A DNA stretch of 32,000 bases, from positions 33,590-65,589 of the forward strand of contig JAGHEJ010000054.1 of the NCBI GenBank assembly GCA_017889345.1, written 5' to 3'. Positions 28,131-32,000 of the stretch are shown piece after piece (position 1 is the stretch's first letter; each line of letters opens with the position of its first letter). The notes below the pieces were generated by a model. That model saw only the letters and a list, made by a program, of their open reading frames with translations. It had not been told where the DNA came from and searched no databases. The position numbers were made by a program, and so were the translations under genes. Origin of the DNA: Clostridiales bacterium (GTDB taxonomy: Bacteria; Bacillota; Clostridia; Clostridiales; Clostridiaceae).

Positions 28131-28153
28131 AAAAATTTATTTAAGGTAATAAT
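28125..28153 (+). promoter_or_regulatory. Candidate sigma-A type promoter (TTGTAA-17 nt-AATAAT)
   Basis: TTGTAA at 28125-28130, a 17-nt spacer, then AATAAT at 28148-28153, about 60 nt upstream of the ATG at 28212. Chance matches are common in DNA this AT-rich. Confidence 0.3.
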
Positions 28154-28211
28154 AATCTTAAGTTAATAGTTTGGGTTTAGGTTAATAATTTTTGAAAGGT
28201 AGAAGTATATT

Positions 28212-29723
28212 ATGGATAAAAAATTTAATGAGGATATGGCTATCGAAGAACTTAAAGATCAAGAGTTATTAGATTTTTTAAATGCAACAGATACATATTT
28301 TATAAAAGATGAAAAGTCAGGGATTATTGGAGACAAAAAGACAGGAGTTATGATAGATAAGAGAACAGGAAAAGTATTTTCTTCCCCTTTAAGTAATGAT
28401 GAACAAAGTAGGGAAGATTTGAAATATGATTTTTTAGATTATAAAAAATGTGTTGAGGTTTTAAATAGTATAGATTCTTCTTTAGAGGAAAAGTCCTTAA
28501 ATAAAGAGGTAGAAGAAAGAATAAAGAGAGCTAAGAAAAATTTAAGTAAGCAAAGGTTTAGATTAAAAAATTATTTAGATAGGGTTAATAAAACTCAAGA
28601 TAAAAATAAAACTCAAAAGTTAATTTCAAAAGAAGAAAATAGTAATGATTCAGAAGTTAAAAAAAACTATTTAAATGGAAAAACACAAGATATTCAGAAA
28701 AATAATATAAATCCTTTTAACGATGAAGAAGAGGTTATTTTAGAAGATATAAAAGAAGATGTAAAATTTAGTGAAGATTTTCAAATAAATGAAGATATAA
28801 AAGAGGATAATATAGATTTACAAACTCAAAGTGATGAGGAAATACTTAGGAGGATAAATCAAAGATTTAATGCTGAAAATGAATTTGTAATTAAAGAAAG
28901 TGGTGATAATAAAAAACCTTTAAAGGAAAATGATTATAATTTTTCATCTTTTGAGGATTATGAAAAAGAGGAAACATTAAAGAAACAAGAAGGTATTGAA
29001 GAAAAGAAACATAAAAGGGAAAATATTTTAGATAAGTTCAAAACCATAATGGATTTTGAAGATTATTTATCTTTTATGCCTAGTGATGAGGATGTTTTAA
29101 AATCTCCATTTGAGGAGGAAAAATTAGAGACTCCAAAAATTTTAGTTGAAGATTCTAAGAATAATGAAGAAGATGATGATTTTTCACCATTTGATTCTCT
29201 TGATGATTTTGAGGTTGAGGAAATTCAAAGTTATGATATAACAGGTGAAAATGGAATTGAAGAGGGAATGATTCCTGATTTTAATTTAAATCAGAGCATG
29301 AGTAAAAAAGTTAGCATAAGAGAGGTTATAAAACATAAGCGTAAGAAAAAGCAAGAGCAAAAAGAAATTCAAGAGAAGTTATTCTTTGAAACCCTTGATG
29401 ATAGAATAGAGCAGTTTAAAAATAATGAGCAACATAGTATAGATTCTCAAGATATTTTAAACTCTATAAATATGGATTTAAATAGAATAAACTCTTCGAT
29501 TAAAATAGAATTTGAGAATTTAAATAAGAGAAAGGCTTCTAAAAATAGAAAGGCTAAGAAAACTCAACCAAAAGAAGATAAATTTTCTCTTCAAAATTTA
29601 TTAGAGGAGATTTATGAGGAAAATGGGGAAAAACCATTAAGTATGGATACAAAGGAATTAGATTTTGAAGCAATTAAAAAGGATTTAGCTAAAAAAGATA
29701 ACAATAGAAACATAGTAAATTAA
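28212..29723 (+). CDS. Uncharacterised highly charged (D/E/K-rich) low-complexity protein, 503 aa, no TM helix or signal peptide
   Basis: A long uninterrupted ORF in AT-rich DNA with an AAAGG SD. The N-terminus carries three short tandem D-x-K-[ST]-G units (DEKSGII, GDKKTGVMI, DKRTGKVF). There is an internal EDIKED duplication (14-nt repeat GAAGATATAAAAGA at 28743 and 28791). I recognise no family. Confidence 0.75.
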   Translation: MDKKFNEDMAIEELKDQELLDFLNATDTYFIKDEKSGIIGDKKTGVMIDKRTGKVFSSPLSNDEQSREDLKYDFLDYKKCVEVLNSIDSSLEEKSLNKEVEERIKRAKKNLSKQRFRLKNYLDRVNKTQDKNKTQKLISKEENSNDSEVKKNYLNGKTQDIQKNNINPFNDEEEVILEDIKEDVKFSEDFQINEDIKEDNIDLQTQSDEEILRRINQRFNAENEFVIKESGDNKKPLKENDYNFSSFEDYEKEETLKKQEGIEEKKHKRENILDKFKTIMDFEDYLSFMPSDEDVLKSPFEEEKLETPKILVEDSKNNEEDDDFSPFDSLDDFEVEEIQSYDITGENGIEEGMIPDFNLNQSMSKKVSIREVIKHKRKKKQEQKEIQEKLFFETLDDRIEQFKNNEQHSIDSQDILNSINMDLNRINSSIKIEFENLNKRKASKNRKAKKTQPKEDKFSLQNLLEEIYEENGEKPLSMDTKELDFEAIKKDLAKKDNNRNIVN

Positions 29724-29795
29724 AATTAGTATTTAAATTTGAATCATTATTTAATATAATAAGTTTAATGTTAGAAATTGAAAGGTAGATCCGGT

Positions 29796-30512
29796 ATGCA
29801 TAATTATAAAGATGATCGTGATGATGACAAAGAGGAAATATTTGATGAAGAAGAGTTTTACGATGACGATGATGATGTAAAAGAGAAATATGCTTATCTT
29901 TTAGAAGATGAAGATGAGGATGATAAAGAGAATAATGATTTAGATGATATTAAGGAAAATAAGAGAAGTAAAAGAGGTAATAAGAGGAGAGGAAGTTTTT
30001 TATCAACTCTTTTAGAATGGTCAATAACCATTGTTGCAGCACTTCTTATCTCGTTTTTAATAAATAAGTTTTTAATTTTTAAGGTTTATATACCATCTGA
30101 GTCTATGTATCCAACTCTTAAGGTTAAAGATCAATTATTTGTAACAAAAATGTATAGCAGAGATTCGATACAACGGGGAGATGTATTAGTATTTTTCTCT
30201 AAAGAATTTAATGAGCTTTTAATTAAAAGGGTAATTGGACTTCCTGGAGATGATATAATTGTTAAAGCTTCAGGTGAGGTCATTGTAAATGGAGAAGTTC
30301 TAAAAGAGGATTATGTAGTTCAAAAAGATGATACTGCAATTTTTGATTTAGAATTTAAAGTTCCAGAAGATGAGTACTTCTTCCTTGGAGATAATAGAGC
30401 AAACTCTTTAGATAGTAGATATTGGAATGATCCTTATATTGATTTTGAGGATATTCGGGGAGAGGCTCGAGTTATTATATATCCATTTAGTAGAATTAGA
30501 ATTTTAAAATAA
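29796..30512 (+). CDS. lepB: Signal peptidase I (S26) with a ~70-aa poly-acidic cytoplasmic N-terminal extension
   Basis: Catalytic Ser box SESMYPTL, Lys box LIKRVIGLPGD and box E GDNRANSLDSRYW. A TM anchor (ITIVAALLISFLINKFLIF) follows a basic cluster KRSKRGNKRRG. I chose the ATG at 29796 over the TTG at 29778. Confidence 0.9.
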   Translation: MHNYKDDRDDDKEEIFDEEEFYDDDDDVKEKYAYLLEDEDEDDKENNDLDDIKENKRSKRGNKRRGSFLSTLLEWSITIVAALLISFLINKFLIFKVYIPSESMYPTLKVKDQLFVTKMYSRDSIQRGDVLVFFSKEFNELLIKRVIGLPGDDIIVKASGEVIVNGEVLKEDYVVQKDDTAIFDLEFKVPEDEYFFLGDNRANSLDSRYWNDPYIDFEDIRGEARVIIYPFSRIRILK

Positions 30513-30518
30513 TTTATT

Positions 30519-30577
30519 AAGTCATTCTTTTAAAACCATTCTTTAGTGGTTATAATTAAGAATGACTTTTATTTTTT
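30519..30577 (+). terminator. Rho-independent terminator (compound hairpin)
   Basis: 11-bp outer stem AAGTCATTCTT (30519-30529) / AAGAATGACTT (30558-30568), with an inner AACCA/TGGTT helix, followed by TTATTTTTT. Confidence 0.75.
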
Positions 30578-30590
30578 AGGGGATAAAAAA

Positions 30591-32000
30591 ATGGATAATA
30601 ATTTTAATGAAGAATACATAAAAGAGAAATCTTATCTTGAGTATGTTTTTACTCATTTAAATAGAGAACTTAATATTTATTTAGAGAGAAGGAAAGAAAT
30701 CTCAGATATAATTGTTGATTATAGAAAGAAATTTATAGAAGAGTATAGAGATGATGATGATAAAATAATTGAGTATTTTGATCATGAAAATCATAAGAAC
30801 GAACAAATTTTTAACACTATTGAAAGAAGAATAAGAGAATTTTTAAGTTTAAAGAAGAGTCCATATTTTGGGAAAATAAAGATTAAAGATGATGTGGAGG
30901 AAAGTTTTTATATCGGATCTTATGGATTTGATATTGGAGAGGAAATTCCCCTTGTTGTTGATTGGAGAGCTCCTATTTCTTCTCTTTTTTATCAAGGGAA
31001 ATTAGGAGAGGTAAGCTATATTCTTCCATCAAAAGAAGAGGTTATTACAAATTTAATTGAGAGAAGACAATTCTTAATTAAAAATGGGGAAATCATTTCT
31101 ATGTTTGATTCAGAAGTTGATATAAAAGATGAATTTTTAAAAGAAATGCTTTCTCTTAAATCTTCAGATAAACTTAAAAATATAGTTCAAACAATTCAAT
31201 CTAAACAAGATAAAATAATTAGGGTTGATAAAAATAAAGCTGTTGTTATAAATGGGGTTGCGGGAAGTGGAAAAACGTCAGTTGCTCTTCATAGAATAGC
31301 GTATCTTTTATATAATCATAGAGATTATTTTAAAGATAAGGTGTTAATACTTTGTCCTAATAAAATTTTTATGGAGTACATATCAATGGTTCTTCCATCT
31401 CTTGGAGAATATGGAGGAGTATTTAGTTTTACAAGTGAAGACTTTATTTATTTAAGTATGAATGAGGATTTAAATTTTAACTCTTACGATAACCGTATGG
31501 AAAAAGTTTTAAATGATTCTGAGTATTTAGAAGAGTTTATATTTAAAGGAAGTATGGAGATGAAAGAAAAGATAGATGAATTCTTATCTTATGTTGAAGA
31601 AAATATAAACCTTGGAGGAAGTATCTATTTTAGAGAGGAAGAAATAATTTCTTCTGATGAAATTAATAGATTATTCTATGAATCATTTAAAAGTAGGGTT
31701 TTAGAAGTTAGAGTGGATTTAATTAGAAGAAGAATTATAGATAGGATTAATAAAGTTCGAAACAAGCTTGTATATGAAGTTGTAAATAAATATAAAAACA
31801 TGAATATCGAAGAAGATATGATAAATCATTATGATATGCTCAAGAAAAATGAGATTTATGATATAGTTTCTGAAGCTATGGAAATTAAATCTTCTTTATC
31901 TCATTTAAAACTTGAATCTCCTTATGAGCTTTATCGTGAATTTTATGAGGAGTTTTTCTTAAAGGATTTAAGAGAACTTGATTTTTCAGATTTAATCTTA
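30591..32000 (+). CDS. helD: HelD-like (helicase IV / UvrD-family) RNA polymerase-recycling ATPase, 5' part that continues beyond the right edge
   Basis: Not in the ORF track because it is open at the window edge. ATG at 30591 after an AGGGGA SD, with 470 codons and no stop. The HelD N-terminal signature is SPYFGKIKI...FYIGSYGF...VVDWRAPISSLFYQG and the Walker A is INGVAGSGKTSVALHRIAYLL. Confidence 0.8.
   Translation, partial: MDNNFNEEYIKEKSYLEYVFTHLNRELNIYLERRKEISDIIVDYRKKFIEEYRDDDDKIIEYFDHENHKNEQIFNTIERRIREFLSLKKSPYFGKIKIKDDVEESFYIGSYGFDIGEEIPLVVDWRAPISSLFYQGKLGEVSYILPSKEEVITNLIERRQFLIKNGEIISMFDSEVDIKDEFLKEMLSLKSSDKLKNIVQTIQSKQDKIIRVDKNKAVVINGVAGSGKTSVALHRIAYLLYNHRDYFKDKVLILCPNKIFMEYISMVLPSLGEYGGVFSFTSEDFIYLSMNEDLNFNSYDNRMEKVLNDSEYLEEFIFKGSMEMKEKIDEFLSYVEENINLGGSIYFREEEIISSDEINRLFYESFKSRVLEVRVDLIRRRIIDRINKVRNKLVYEVVNKYKNMNIEEDMINHYDMLKKNEIYDIVSEAMEIKSSLSHLKLESPYELYREFYEEFFLKDLRELDFSDLIL

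Noticed and set aside
362-29795. 5'-extended starts given in the ORF track (362, 2008, 15590, 16596, 17546, 24046, 25042, 29778)
   Set aside because: In each case a downstream in-frame ATG or GTG is preceded by a good SD at 5-9 nt and yields the canonical family N-terminus (for example MKKIAVLTSGGD for PfkA and MRKTKIVCTIGP for Pyk). The upstream starts lack an SD or overlap the preceding gene.
1-32000. Search for mobile elements, CRISPR arrays, tRNA/rRNA genes, toxin-antitoxin pairs or defence-island content
   Set aside because: I saw no transposase, integrase or recombinase ORFs, no regularly spaced repeat arrays, no GC-rich cloverleaf-like segments and no small paired ORFs. Every long ORF except four belongs to a recognisable housekeeping family, and the window looks like conserved core genome.

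Overview
This is a core-chromosome segment from a very AT-rich, Clostridium-type Firmicute. GC content was judged by eye, not computed. From memory (unverified), the gene order matches Clostridium sensu stricto; the species cannot be determined from the sequence alone. The left edge holds a short minus-strand membrane-protein gene fragment, followed by a divergent promoter region. After that come 23 consecutive plus-strand genes: ftsE, ftsX, an S41 Ctp protease, an orphan polytopic membrane protein, uvrB, uvrA, a membrane-anchored FHA-like protein, a SEDS (RodA/FtsW) protein, a class B PBP, uvrC, murB, rapZ, yvcK, whiA, an uncharacterised soluble protein, an AsnB-family amidotransferase, dnaE, pfkA, pyk, an RlmD/RumA-type methyltransferase, a 503-aa acidic low-complexity protein, a signal peptidase I with a poly-acidic N-terminal extension, and the 5' part of a HelD-like helicase that runs off the right edge. 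Five clear intrinsic terminators are present (18471, 20419, 26593, 28027, 30519). I corrected eight ORF-track starts to downstream SD-supported start codons. I saw no rRNA or tRNA genes, CRISPR arrays, IS elements, integrases, phage genes or recognisable defence genes. I do not see a convincing novel multi-gene system; most of the window is housekeeping with strong motif support. The parts most worth a second look are: (1) the acidic orphan protein plus acidic-tailed signal peptidase pair; (2) the FHA-like protein with seemingly degenerate phosphothreonine-binding residues next to SEDS/PBP and no kinase nearby; (3) the orphan membrane protein whose 3' end overlaps the uvrB start; (4) the untranslated pyk-rlmD spacer, where a strong terminator abuts the rlmD SD; (5) the uncharacterised protein after whiA.
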